DNA from: Kiritimatiellia bacterium
GTDB lineage: Bacteria; Verrucomicrobiota; Kiritimatiellia; JAQICX01
Assembly: GCA_027858345.1 (NCBI GenBank)
Contig: JAQICX010000182.1
Location: forward strand, 273 to 64,272
DNA: 64,000 bases
Direction of reading: 5' to 3'
In this document: positions 41,273 to 49,811 of the stretch, piece after piece
Numbering within the stretch: position 1 is the first letter of the stretch
Layout: each line of letters opens with the position of its first letter
Notes under the pieces: model-generated
Databases searched by the model: none
What the model was told of the DNA's origin: nothing
What the model saw: the letters and a program-made list of their open reading frames with translations, nothing else
Program-made: the position numbers and the translations under genes

Positions 41273-41505
41273 ATGATAAATATGAAAAATAATTTTTTAA
41301 AGGCGGGGTCATCAGTCTTCGCCCAGCTATTAACAATATAATAAATCTTGTTAGTAGCTGGGCTACGCCAGACGCAGCGTACTTTGAAGGTAAACCCTAC
41401 AAAATACTTGCAAATCAAGGATTTAGCTTTGGTTGCAGCATCCGTAACTGTAGGGTCGGGGTCCGTGACCCCGCCAAAAAGGGTGTTCAACCGAAAAATC
41501 AAGGA
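41273..41505 (+). ncRNA. Copy 1 of a paired ~200-bp structured repeat (candidate small RNA gene or MITE) with TGATAAAT promoter-like box, nested hairpins and 10-bp terminal inverted repeat GGCGGGGTCA / TGACCCCGCC
   Basis: First 102 nt (41301-41402) identical to 59161-59262; 3' hairpin GGGGTC-cgt-GACCCC vs GGGGTG-ctt-CACCCC in copy 2 (compensatory). Overlapping ORFs 41239..41502(-) and 41348..41536(+) are judged spurious. Confidence 0.45.
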
Positions 41506-41961
41506 TACTCACCCTAGTTTTTCGGTTGGAGTCTGAAACATGCGTTTCAGCTAATAAAATAAGCTATTGATTTTTCCTTTTATGCCTTTTTGGGTGATAA
41601 ATTAATGTTTTTTATAAGGGGCTGTTAGCAAGTGTCTTATGGTAAAAATACGCTTTGCGCATTGCATCCCGCTTTGCGGAACCAGCAAAGCTGGCATAAA
41701 TCATAATAGGCGAAGCGACTTCCTAACCTCGTAGAGAACTATTTACTATTTACTATCAACTATAAACTATTTGAAAGAATGGCTTTCCAAAATTTCAATA
41801 AAAAAATGAATCAACATAAAAATTTAGGAAAAACAACCTCTTTTTACAAAATTACTTGATATATATATACACCTTTGATAAAATTAAGGGTAAATTTAAA
41901 ACAAATAAGATTTTTGATTTTACATTTAAAGCAAATCTCTTAAAATAGAAAGGCTAAAACA

Positions 41962-42132
41962 ATGGCAGCAGTAGTAGATAAAGATCTTTGCACAGGATGT
42001 AGTGCATGTGTGGGTTCTTGCCCAGTAGAAGCAATTACAATGGATGGCGATAAAGCAGTTATCGACGCAGACGCATGTGTTGATTGCGGTGCTTGCGTAG
42101 GCGAATGCCCAGTAGAAGCTATCAGTTTGTAA
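41962..42132 (+). CDS. fdx: 2x[4Fe-4S] ferredoxin (56 aa; below ORF-track size cut-off)
   Basis: Manual translation MAAVVDKDLCTGCSACVGSCPVEAITMDGDKAVIDADACVDCGACVGECPVEAISL; two CxxCxxCxxxCP motifs. Confidence 0.85.
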   Translation: MAAVVDKDLCTGCSACVGSCPVEAITMDGDKAVIDADACVDCGACVGECPVEAISL

Positions 42133-42161
42133 GCTTTATGCAGATTGCATAAACAGAGGAT

Positions 42162-42205
42162 AGATGTGTATAGATTATTATTTTCTGTGCACATCTTTTT
42201 TTTTA
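42162..42205 (+). terminator. Possible terminator after ferredoxin gene (AGATGTG...CACATCT stem, large AT loop, T9)
   Basis: Stem 42162-42168/42190-42196 followed by T-run 42197-42205; loop is long so weak. Confidence 0.35.
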
Positions 42206-42227
42206 TTATTATTATCCAAATTGGCTT

Positions 42228-42620
42228 ATGCCAAACGTTAATAGTAAAGATAATATATTAAAGGAGTTATTTATGAATATATATATGTTTAAATCCAAAA
42301 TTCATAGAGCAACTTTAACGGGAACCCACCTTGATTATGAAGGTAGTATATCCATTGATACTGATTTACTTAAAGCTTCAGGAATCTTACCTGGAGAACA
42401 AGTACATGTTGTAAACCTTAACAATGGCTCTCGTTTAGTTACATATGTGATTGAAGACGAAAAAGGTTCTGGAAGCATTATGTTAAATGGACCAGCCGCT
42501 CGTTTGGGGTTAAAGGGTGACAAGATTGTCATCATTGCTTACTGCCAAATGGATGAAGAGGAAGCAAAAACTTTTAAACCGACGGTTGTAACGGTTGACG
42601 AGAAAAATAGACAAATATAA
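42228..42620 (+). CDS. panD: Aspartate 1-decarboxylase (pyruvoyl-dependent)
   Basis: MFKSKIHRATLTGTHLDYEGSISID… with G-S self-cleavage site; real start probably 42273 or 42285. Confidence 0.9.
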   Translation: MPNVNSKDNILKELFMNIYMFKSKIHRATLTGTHLDYEGSISIDTDLLKASGILPGEQVHVVNLNNGSRLVTYVIEDEKGSGSIMLNGPAARLGLKGDKIVIIAYCQMDEEEAKTFKPTVVTVDEKNRQI

Positions 42621-43293
42621 GGGGTTTACTTTGCAAAAATATGGATGCATTTTTTGTAATGGTGAATACATTAACACCAATCAGGAAGTTGAAGAGCTTC
42701 TTGAAAATGCAGACTTTATTATTGCCGCAGATGGTGGACTAAAACACCTAAACTCCTTAAATCTCTCTCCAAACGCAATCATTGGCGACATGGATTCTAC
42801 TAGTCCGGAACTATTAAAGAAATATTCCGCCGAAATCATGAAGTTCCCTGCGAAAAAATCGCAAACCGATACCGAACTCGCCGTTGAGCACCTAATATCA
42901 CTTGGGTACCAAACTATTTTTCTGATTGGTGCAACAGGCAAGCGACTAGATCATGAACTGGGAAACATCTCACTCATGGCAAACAAACCAGGCGTCCTGT
43001 TTATTGTTGACAAAGACTCTCTCTCGTTTGCTCTCGGCAAAGACAGCACCAGTACAACTTTTCAGCGCCCCAAAGAATCAATTGTTTCAATAATTCCATT
43101 TAGCCAGCAGTTCCCATGTTTGACCACATCCGGACTTGAATACCCCTTAAACAACCAATCTTTAGAAAATCCATGCCATGGCATCAGCAATCTTGTAAAC
43201 AGCGAAACAACACAAATAACCCTAAACAACGACTCAACAGCAATAATATCAATTGAAGGAATTCTTCCGTTACCAGTAGTGCACCACCAGTAA
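42595..43293 (+). CDS. Thiamine pyrophosphokinase
   Basis: 232 aa ORF; …IIAADGGLKHL…GDMDS… TPK catalytic motifs; probable TTG start at 42632 with AAGGGG SD. Confidence 0.7.
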   Translation: MTRKIDKYKGFTLQKYGCIFCNGEYINTNQEVEELLENADFIIAADGGLKHLNSLNLSPNAIIGDMDSTSPELLKKYSAEIMKFPAKKSQTDTELAVEHLISLGYQTIFLIGATGKRLDHELGNISLMANKPGVLFIVDKDSLSFALGKDSTSTTFQRPKESIVSIIPFSQQFPCLTTSGLEYPLNNQSLENPCHGISNLVNSETTQITLNNDSTAIISIEGILPLPVVHHQ

Positions 43294-43618
43294 TAAGTCA
43301 GCAGGTTAAGATTAAGGTTAAGGTTAAGGGCTGAATACCTCCCCGGCGGAATTATAGAAAAATTGAAAAAACAGGAATATTCTTCATGTAACACGGAGAA
43401 AATAGGCAGGGAATTGCAAAATCAGTTTTGCGGGTTTAAGTCCTTGGTCGAAAGTCTTTAGTCTTTCTTTTTGGTTGCGAAGGCAACCCGCGAGTTTTGG
43501 TCATTTTTGTCCTTTAGGTCGTTTTATACATTCACCGACCTCTGAGGATATCAGCTAAAACTAGGAAACGGCAGAGGACTGATTGCACTTCCACACCTGT
43601 CTTGTCGCGCCGGAGTGA

Positions 43619-43787
43619 CACGGCTACAGAGTGAACTTTGTAAATTGACGGTTAAACTGTAGTTTCACTCTGTAGCCGACCTCAGCAGAGGTCGGGAACA
43701 CGGTTGAATCGAGGAATTAACGCTTAGCAACTTTTAGTCGAGAGTCCTGAGTCGTGAGTCAAATTGACATATAACATAACAGTTATG
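43619..43787. repeat. ~165-bp composite hairpin repeat (family 1 long form): 15-bp perfect inverted repeat CGGCTACAGAGTGAA/TTCACTCTGTAGCCG, CCGACCTC-agca-GAGGTCGG hairpin, GGGAA, then GAATTAACGCTTAGCAACTTTTAGTCGAGAGTCCTGAGTCGTGAGTCAAATTGACATATAACATA
   Basis: About 88% identical to 50808-50957. Confidence 0.8.
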
Positions 43788-43835
43788 AAAAAACATTAAA
43801 CTTGTGGAATAACCAAAAAAATAAAGGAAAACAAG

Positions 43836-44225
43836 ATGTCAAACGTTGCAGACAGATTACATAATGACAGATTAGTCGAACTACTAGGAATTGAAATACT
43901 TGATGAAAACGAACAATTTCCATCATGCCAGCTCAAAGTATGCAAGAAACACCTCAACGGTGTAGACTACACACAGGGTGGTGCAATTTTCACACTTGCG
44001 GACTACGCATTCGCAATTGCATCCAACACAGACCAACGCCTATCCCTCGGCATAAGCACAACAATGAATTTCTTCAAAGCAACCAAAGAAGGCGATATCC
44101 TCTACACAAAAACTCGCGAACTAAGCCGCACAAAAAAACTTTCAATCTACGAAGTTGAGATATACTGCGAAGATGCACTTATAGCAACCTTCACAGGCAC
44201 CGCATATAAAGTCGCCGATTGCTAG
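43836..44225 (+). CDS. PaaI/YbgC-type hotdog-fold thioesterase
   Basis: 129 aa; …GGAIFTLADYAFAIASN… hotdog thioesterase signature. Confidence 0.8.
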   Translation: MSNVADRLHNDRLVELLGIEILDENEQFPSCQLKVCKKHLNGVDYTQGGAIFTLADYAFAIASNTDQRLSLGISTTMNFFKATKEGDILYTKTRELSRTKKLSIYEVEIYCEDALIATFTGTAYKVADC

Positions 44226-44685
44226 AGAAGGGTAACGTAACGATCTTTCCCGCCTTACGGGACTAGCAGAGCCAGCACGCAAGTGTGAAGGTTTTCATTT
44301 GGTTTGCAACAAGATCCATCATCTTAGCTTATTTTTAATACGACCACAATGTGGAAATCCACCCTTTTCCGTACAGGTTAAACGTCCGCAGGGTAAGAGG
44401 CTTTAGTTTATCTAAAGCAACAGAGCATAGCGAAGTGACAATTTGGCAGTTCTATACCATTTTTATTTGGTCGACAACAGGTAGTCCTTTTACTTTCAAA
44501 AAGTGTAAAACTATCACAGGACAAGACGAGTTCTGCGTCCTAGTTTGTCATTGGCGTAATTGTACTGCGACATGGTTGCATTGTCAAATTGATTTTTGAC
44601 TTCTGTGACTAAATCTCGGTTTGGCTCGTAACTTCTCGTTACTTCAAAGTTGTTCGGGGCAGCTTCACTCCTTTTTCCCACTTTC

Positions 44686-44710
44686 CCTTTTAAGTTTTAA
44701 CTTTCATCAC
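44686..44710 (+). repeat. Left copy of 23-25-bp direct repeat CCTTT(T/G)AAGTTTTAACTTTCATC bounding the DUF2442/DUF4160 cassette
   Basis: Matches 45888-45910 at 22/23; partner motif GAGTTCTGCGTCC.A.TTTGTCATT at 44530 and 44720. Confidence 0.7.
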
Positions 44711-44775
44711 GTCTATCCGTTGAGTTCTGCGTCCGATTTTGTCATTTATTGGGCTTAAACACAAGAGACATCCAT

Positions 44776-45015
44776 TTATGTACACAAATCATATAGTGTT
44801 TCTGGAGCAATATCAAAGCCACATGACCAACAAAGAGTAGGCCATGAATCTAAAGAAAAATTTGCAAATTCATTTAATTCTCGAAGAGATTTTGCATCAT
44901 CATACTTAAAGATTATATCCTGCAAATTTACTTCACCTGATTTACCTGTGTTAAATTTTATAAAAACCTTGTAGTTATAAATATAATAAGCATCTTCAAT
45001 ATATACACATTCCAT
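44776..45015 (-). CDS. DUF2442-family small protein
   Basis: 79 aa; C-terminal …WPTLCWSCGFDIAPETLYDL resembles DUF2442 …DI.PE.LY. Confidence 0.6.
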   Translation of the reverse strand: MECVYIEDAYYIYNYKVFIKFNTGKSGEVNLQDIIFKYDDAKSLRELNEFANFSLDSWPTLCWSCGFDIAPETLYDLCT

Positions 45016-45053
45016 GATTTTATTCTCCTTATTTACAAAACTAGCAAATAGTT

Positions 45054-45320
45054 TTAAACAGAAGCGAAAGTCTTTTTATTATTTTTAATGGAAATACTCT
45101 TCTTATACAAATACTCAGGGTCTAAATCCAGTTCATTCGCCCACTCAATTGTGTCAAAAGAAATTTTGACTGACTTAAAGAGTTTTTCATCTCGCAATTC
45201 AGAAAATCGCCCAAAATTCAACAAAGGACTCACATCAAACTCTCTTTGCTCTGAGTTCTGAAAAGTTAGTATAAGTTTATAGTCCTCTGTTGGAACTACT
45301 GATATAACGCTTAAATACAT
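45054..45320 (-). CDS. DUF2442-family small protein
   Basis: 88 aa; …ISFDTIEWANELDLDPEYLY… DUF2442 signature. Confidence 0.7.
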   Translation of the reverse strand: MYLSVISVVPTEDYKLILTFQNSEQREFDVSPLLNFGRFSELRDEKLFKSVKISFDTIEWANELDLDPEYLYKKSISIKNNKKTFASV

Positions 45321-45329
45321 AAATACTCC

Positions 45330-45596
45330 CTAAATTAATGGTGCAATTTTATATGGATTTTCTCCACTCATTGCAAGCACCCAATCTGCCTGCAACTCTT
45401 CAATATGTAACTCTGCCCAAGCCTTAATAAGTCTAGTTTGTTTCTTCGGCAAATTTCCATCTAACACTTCTAATGTTTTTATACTAAAAGACGCCTTATA
45501 CTCATTGTAATAAGCATGAAAATGAGGTGGATTATGCTCCCCTGGAGCAAAATACATTCTAATTATAATTCCATAAAACATTGATATCGACGGCAT
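45330..45596 (-). CDS. DUF4160-family small protein (partner of DUF2442)
   Basis: 88 aa; MPSISMFYGIIIRMYFAPGEHNPPHFHAYY hallmark of DUF4160. Confidence 0.75.
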   Translation of the reverse strand: MPSISMFYGIIIRMYFAPGEHNPPHFHAYYNEYKASFSIKTLEVLDGNLPKKQTRLIKAWAELHIEELQADWVLAMSGENPYKIAPLI

Positions 45597-45887
45597 ATAA
45601 CAAACTCCCTATTAATTTATATGCCTTTACTATAAAACAAAACATATAATTTGTCAACAAATTCAGACAATTCTAATCAATTAATTTCTATATAGTCTCG
45701 AGGCTAGACTGCTTAACAGTGGTGTTTCATCGATTACGTTCAACACAGTTCCCTATGTACGCTTACTCTATATTGTTCAATATATAATCTCCGCTATAGA
45801 GCCAACGCTCGGTATGAGCTGATGGCGAATCTTTACTCAGAAAGCATGAAACAATGAGCTTCGCTCTACCTGTATTTTTAACTTTTA

Positions 45888-45910
45888 CCTTTGAAGTTTT
45901 AACTTTCATC
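45888..45910 (+). repeat. Right copy of the direct repeat bounding the DUF2442/DUF4160 cassette
   Basis: cctttgaagttttaactttcatc; see 44686-44710. Confidence 0.7.
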
Positions 45911-45954
45911 TACGGCTTTCCTTGACGCACCCGCTTTTATTTGGCAAACAACAA

Positions 45955-46248
45955 TTATTTTTTATTTTGAGATTTGTGTCCATTTTTCCAACATATAACG
46001 GAAACAATAATTAAATTTATACATACCGACCCCCAAGCATGTATCAATAAAATGTAATGTGGCAAAGTCTGAGTATCAGATTCTATCGGTATTATACTCC
46101 ATGGCATCCCCAGCCCTATCAATATAAGCCATACTCCCGGCAAATTGCCTATAGTAATGATAATTACTATTGACACTCCCACCAAAACATAAAAGATTAA
46201 TTCAAATATATTACAAAAACGAATGTGGTTATTTTTCATTCGCAACAA
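45955..46248 (-). CDS. Small hydrophobic membrane protein, hypothetical
   Basis: 97 aa with three hydrophobic helices; AT-rich context. Confidence 0.45.
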   Translation of the reverse strand: MLRMKNNHIRFCNIFELIFYVLVGVSIVIIITIGNLPGVWLILIGLGMPWSIIPIESDTQTLPHYILLIHAWGSVCINLIIVSVICWKNGHKSQNKK

Positions 46249-46432
46249 CTCTCCTCACATAATAAGACTGCACCCTCATATTCAATTCTCGGTTTTCTTT
46301 CCATGTTTAGAATCATTACACATTATACTCACACACATCATCACTAATGCTAAAACAATAGGACCGATACCTTTTGGATACCTTTCTTTTTTGCCCCTGA
46401 CGTATGATTTTGGTCTAATATGCGTTGGATGC

Positions 46433-47203
46433 CTACTGTAAATACCACACACCATTCGTTTTGATAGCGTACATCATGTAGCTCTCGTACCACTCTTCAT
46501 AAGCAGCTTTTAATTTGATCAAGGGAGTCTCATTATCTCTGCAAATTATAGCAATGTGATCATTATACGGACTAATGCTAGAAACAATGTCGCCTTCACA
46601 TTCTGTCCACTCCAAGCGAGATGTAGGACTCATGGCTATGGAATAGAAAAACATCGTACGCTTCTTTTGGACTGCCACAGAGCAGCCCTTCGCTTCTGCG
46701 AGATCTACCACCTGATAGTTGAGATTTGTTGCAAGAACTGGTTCCAAATTGCCATTTTTGAAAGCAGAAATCACCTCAACCACTAGTTGCGTGAGTGTGC
46801 TTTGATCCTCTTGTGTGATATTTGTTATTGAATCTGATTCCTGCCAACTCCATTGATGGTCAAATGTCGGGAGATAGAAATTTGTGAAAACCACAGAAGG
46901 AACACCGTTAGGAAGTATCCATTCACAAACGTTTGTGCTTGTACCATCGGTTGCAATTCTCTCAATACGTCCGGTAACACCTCCCTGTTGCATGATCACA
47001 ACGGAATTTGAGCCTTCAACCAAGTGAGTTGTAACGATCGGTGGCAGGGCATCCCCTTTGTTGAGATACTTGAAGCCGTTGATATAGACAGCTTCTTCAG
47101 CAGAACCTTCCGCATACAGAATATAGTCTTGCCCCGATGCCCCAATGGCACAAAAGATAAGGGATACAATCGTGATGCAAAAAGTCTGTGTAACGCGTTT
47201 CAT
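46433..47203 (-). CDS. Secreted hypothetical protein; start region contains an in-frame tandem duplication of RBS+ATG
   Basis: Likely start MKRVTQTFCITIVSLIFCAIGASGQ at 47203 (GGGAGG SD); ORF track extends to 47368 through two extra in-frame 45-nt repeat units each carrying SD+ATG. Confidence 0.65.
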   Translation of the reverse strand: MKRVTQTFCITIVSLIFCAIGASGQDYILYAEGSAEEAVYINGFKYLNKGDALPPIVTTHLVEGSNSVVIMQQGGVTGRIERIATDGTSTNVCEWILPNGVPSVVFTNFYLPTFDHQWSWQESDSITNITQEDQSTLTQLVVEVISAFKNGNLEPVLATNLNYQVVDLAEAKGCSVAVQKKRTMFFYSIAMSPTSRLEWTECEGDIVSSISPYNDHIAIICRDNETPLIKLKAAYEEWYESYMMYAIKTNGVWYLQ

Positions 47204-47289
47204 GTTTGATATTTCTCCCTGTTCAAAAGTTCTATGTGATAGTTTCATGTTTGATATTCCTCCCTGTACAAAAGTTCTATGTAATGCGT
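47198..47289 (-). repeat. Two tandem 46-bp units (about 93% identical) each containing SD GGGAGG and an in-frame ATG at the 5' end of the 46433 gene
   Basis: 47198-47243 tttcatgtttgatatttctccctgttcaaaagttctatgtgatag vs 47244-47289 tttcatgtttgatattcctccctgtacaaaagttctatgtaatgc. Confidence 0.85.
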
Positions 47290-47394
47290 GTAATGGTTCC
47301 ATGAATTTAGCATCAAACTTCATGGTTTTGCTCCAGGTAATATCTTTTATATACTTGACCCTTGTCAATTAATAATTAACCATTGATAATTATT

Positions 47395-48840
47395 TCAATA
47401 TCCGCTGCCGCCACGCATTGGACCACGACATGCAAGGGGATTGAGAGAACGCAACTTCTTGCTGTCAAAATCTCCTTCACTGGTAATTAGTTTGCCATCA
47501 GCAACAAGATCACTCTTGTTCTTTTCCAGATATTTAATCAAAGCATCTCTAAGCTCAGTCAATTCATTGGTAAATCGAGGATCACTAACAAGATTATTCA
47601 TATCATCAGGGTCTGCCTGAATGTTAAACAGCTGCTCAACACCACCCTCTTTATAAAAAATGTATTTCAGCTCATCCTTATAAACAGCAGCACTACCTGG
47701 AACTTCACCATAAATGTATCTATCATCTGAAACATCGATTGCTGGATTCATCAAAGGAATCAAACTCTGCCCCTCTGCAGTCTCATCTTGCTCAATGCCA
47801 ATCATATCAAACAGTGTTGGGCATATATCCGCAGTCTGAACAGGTGTACCATCCAGAACCGAACGATCAAAACGAGAATCATTGGCTGGTGGACGGAAAA
47901 TCAACGGCACTCGTGCAGCCGACTCCAAAAAGCTATGTTTTGTGAACAAACCATGATCTCCAAGACACTCTCCATGATCAGATGTAAATATAATTGCCGT
48001 ATCTCTATCAACACCATGAGTCTTAAGAGATCCAAACAGACGCCCCAAATGATAGTCAATTTGACTAATCTGACCATAATAGCGTCGACGTGACTCCCTT
48101 ATAATCTCCGGTGTCAAATCGTCCCAATTATAAATCACCTCACGCTTCTGAAACATTGCAGGCAAATCATCATCAACCCAATCACCCTTGACTGGATCCG
48201 ATATTGTAAAGTTATCATACATGCGATCATATGGTGGAGGTGGATCAAAAGGACTGTGTGGTGCCTCAAAAACAAGATAGAGCATAAATGGCATTTCGGG
48301 GTCTCTTTGATCCAAGAACCTAATTGACTCATCAATTGACCAAGTCGTGTGATAATATTTGTCAGGAGTTATTGCCACACCGGGATAAACCTCATTGCCT
48401 CCAAGTCCTTGACCTCTAAAGGCTCCACCATAACCATGGTCTTCCAGCCACCAGATATAATCATCAGGGTGCAATGTCACATGTTCAAAACCATTACGAG
48501 AACGAGATGGTGCAAAATGCATCTTGCCAATAGCTTTTGTCTGATAGCCAGCTTCACGAACTAATCTTGCAGGCAAAGTGCTTTGTCTATCAAAGTCGGG
48601 AGCATTGTTTTCATTAAAATTGTTTATACAACGCATTTGGGAACCTGTCTTTCCCGTTAACATAGTCACTCGCTGAGGCATACATATTGGACAATCTGCA
48701 TAGGCTTGACTAAACAAAATTCCTTCAGATGCCAGTTGATTCAGATGAGGAGTCATAACAGGATGGTTGTTCTTATAGAGTCCGAGACAATCGCCCCGCC
48801 ATTGATCTGCAACAATATAAATTATATTTGGTTTTTTCAT
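47395..48840 (-). CDS. Sulfatase (formylglycine-dependent arylsulfatase family), no signal peptide
   Basis: 481 aa; N-terminal IIYIVADQWRGD and C-x-P-x-R (CMPQR) motif; …FTSDHGE…. Confidence 0.85.
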   Translation of the reverse strand: MKKPNIIYIVADQWRGDCLGLYKNNHPVMTPHLNQLASEGILFSQAYADCPICMPQRVTMLTGKTGSQMRCINNFNENNAPDFDRQSTLPARLVREAGYQTKAIGKMHFAPSRSRNGFEHVTLHPDDYIWWLEDHGYGGAFRGQGLGGNEVYPGVAITPDKYYHTTWSIDESIRFLDQRDPEMPFMLYLVFEAPHSPFDPPPPYDRMYDNFTISDPVKGDWVDDDLPAMFQKREVIYNWDDLTPEIIRESRRRYYGQISQIDYHLGRLFGSLKTHGVDRDTAIIFTSDHGECLGDHGLFTKHSFLESAARVPLIFRPPANDSRFDRSVLDGTPVQTADICPTLFDMIGIEQDETAEGQSLIPLMNPAIDVSDDRYIYGEVPGSAAVYKDELKYIFYKEGGVEQLFNIQADPDDMNNLVSDPRFTNELTELRDALIKYLEKNKSDLVADGKLITSEGDFDSKKLRSLNPLACRGPMRGGSGY

Positions 48841-48975
48841 TATAAATTCTCTTTTTTTATGGCTATCAATTCTAAAACTCTATCAAGAAAAGTGCAAGTT
48901 GACAAGATTGTTATTGAATATATTTTAAAAATACTATATTTTATCTTCAAATCAACAAATACAGGAGTAAAAACA

Positions 48976-49479
48976 ATGAAAAAATATTTTGCCATAGGTA
49001 TTATGTTTTTAGTGATGGCTTCAACAAGCTTTGCAGGAAAAACTCATCAGTTTGGTCTTGGCGTAAACTTTTGGGATACCACCGATGAGCCAATAGACTA
49101 TGACTCCAGCGGAATGTCATATTTCGGTACATATCGTTACACACCAGGATTATGGGGTATCGAGGCAAACCTTGAATATTATCCGGAAGATAGTGTCTAC
49201 ACAGACAATGATGTAGTTTGGGAACCACAAGCACTTTTCGTTATTGGTTCATGGATATATGGCGCTGCTGGCATCGGTTGGCCAATTGGCGACAGTGAAA
49301 TTGCAAATCAACCAGCGGCATACCTGAAAGCTGGATTGAATCTCTCTATACTACCTCTAGTAAAACTGGATATCAGTGGCAAATACAAGTATCAGAGATT
49401 AAAAGATTTCAGCGATAACAATAAAAAGCATACCGTTGATGGTTTTGTAATAGGGGCATCGATCAACATCGCACTATAA
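48976..49479 (+). CDS. Small outer-membrane beta-barrel protein (OmpW/OmpA-like porin family)
   Basis: True start MKKYFAIGIMFLVMASTSFAGKT (AGGAG SD 9 nt upstream); alternating hydrophobic pattern, C-terminal …GASINIAL; ORF-track start 48706 is an unlikely upstream extension. Confidence 0.65.
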   Translation: MKKYFAIGIMFLVMASTSFAGKTHQFGLGVNFWDTTDEPIDYDSSGMSYFGTYRYTPGLWGIEANLEYYPEDSVYTDNDVVWEPQALFVIGSWIYGAAGIGWPIGDSEIANQPAAYLKAGLNLSILPLVKLDISGKYKYQRLKDFSDNNKKHTVDGFVIGASINIAL

Positions 49480-49500
49480 AAACAATTGTTGTTGATAACA

Positions 49501-49538
49501 AAAAAGACAGTTAGCACTTGCTCAACTGTCTTTTTTTT
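49501..49538 (+). terminator. Rho-independent terminator after the beta-barrel gene
   Basis: AAAAAGACAGTT-agcacttgctc-AACTGTCTTTTTTTT. Confidence 0.85.
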
Positions 49539-49811
49539 GCAAGGTAGCGTAAGCTTCCAGCTTGCATGCGTTGCTACACTTGCAACGAAGATCGTTGCGT
49601 TACATAAAACACATCTACTTGTCAAAGAATTACCCAAATTGTCCCGTATCTTTTCATTCCAGAAAGTGTAAACTTATATAAGGACAAAACAGCTGAAAAC
49701 CTGAAATACATATATTAACTGAAAAAAAGGATAAGTTTAATGCATAATAATACTAGACTTTTTGTTCTGTAATAATATAATACAACTATGAACTAATAAT
49801 AAGGATTTGAA

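Noticed and set aside
41296-41480. Possible tmRNA / SRP RNA / RNase P / 6S identity of the paired repeat
   Set aside because: None of the hallmarks are present: no tRNA-like 3' end with T-arm GGGGGTTCGATTCCCCC or tag reading frame ending in a stop, no GGAAGCAGCCA SRP motif, no RNase P P4 GGAAAGTCCGG. It also occurs twice, which is unusual for these housekeeping RNAs.
41239-41502. Minus-strand ORFs 41239-41502 and 58996-59277 sharing the peptide FVGFTFKVRCVWRSPATNKIYYIVNSWAKTDDPA, and plus-strand ORFs 41348-41536 / 59207-59428
   Set aside because: The shared peptide is a by-product of the 102-bp identical nucleotide core. Conservation stops where the nucleotide identity stops, there is no RBS, and the sequence is better explained as a structured non-coding repeat.
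43300-43830. CRISPR array suspected because of many short repeats in the 43.3-43.8 kb and 50.6-51.0 kb intergenic regions
   Set aside because: Repeats are heterogeneous hairpin modules, not regularly spaced identical direct repeats with unique spacers; no cas genes.
44351-44599. 82-aa ORF in the paaI downstream region
   Set aside because: Overlaps the degenerate direct-repeat/hairpin region flanking the DUF2442 cassette; Trp/Cys-rich improbable composition, no RBS.
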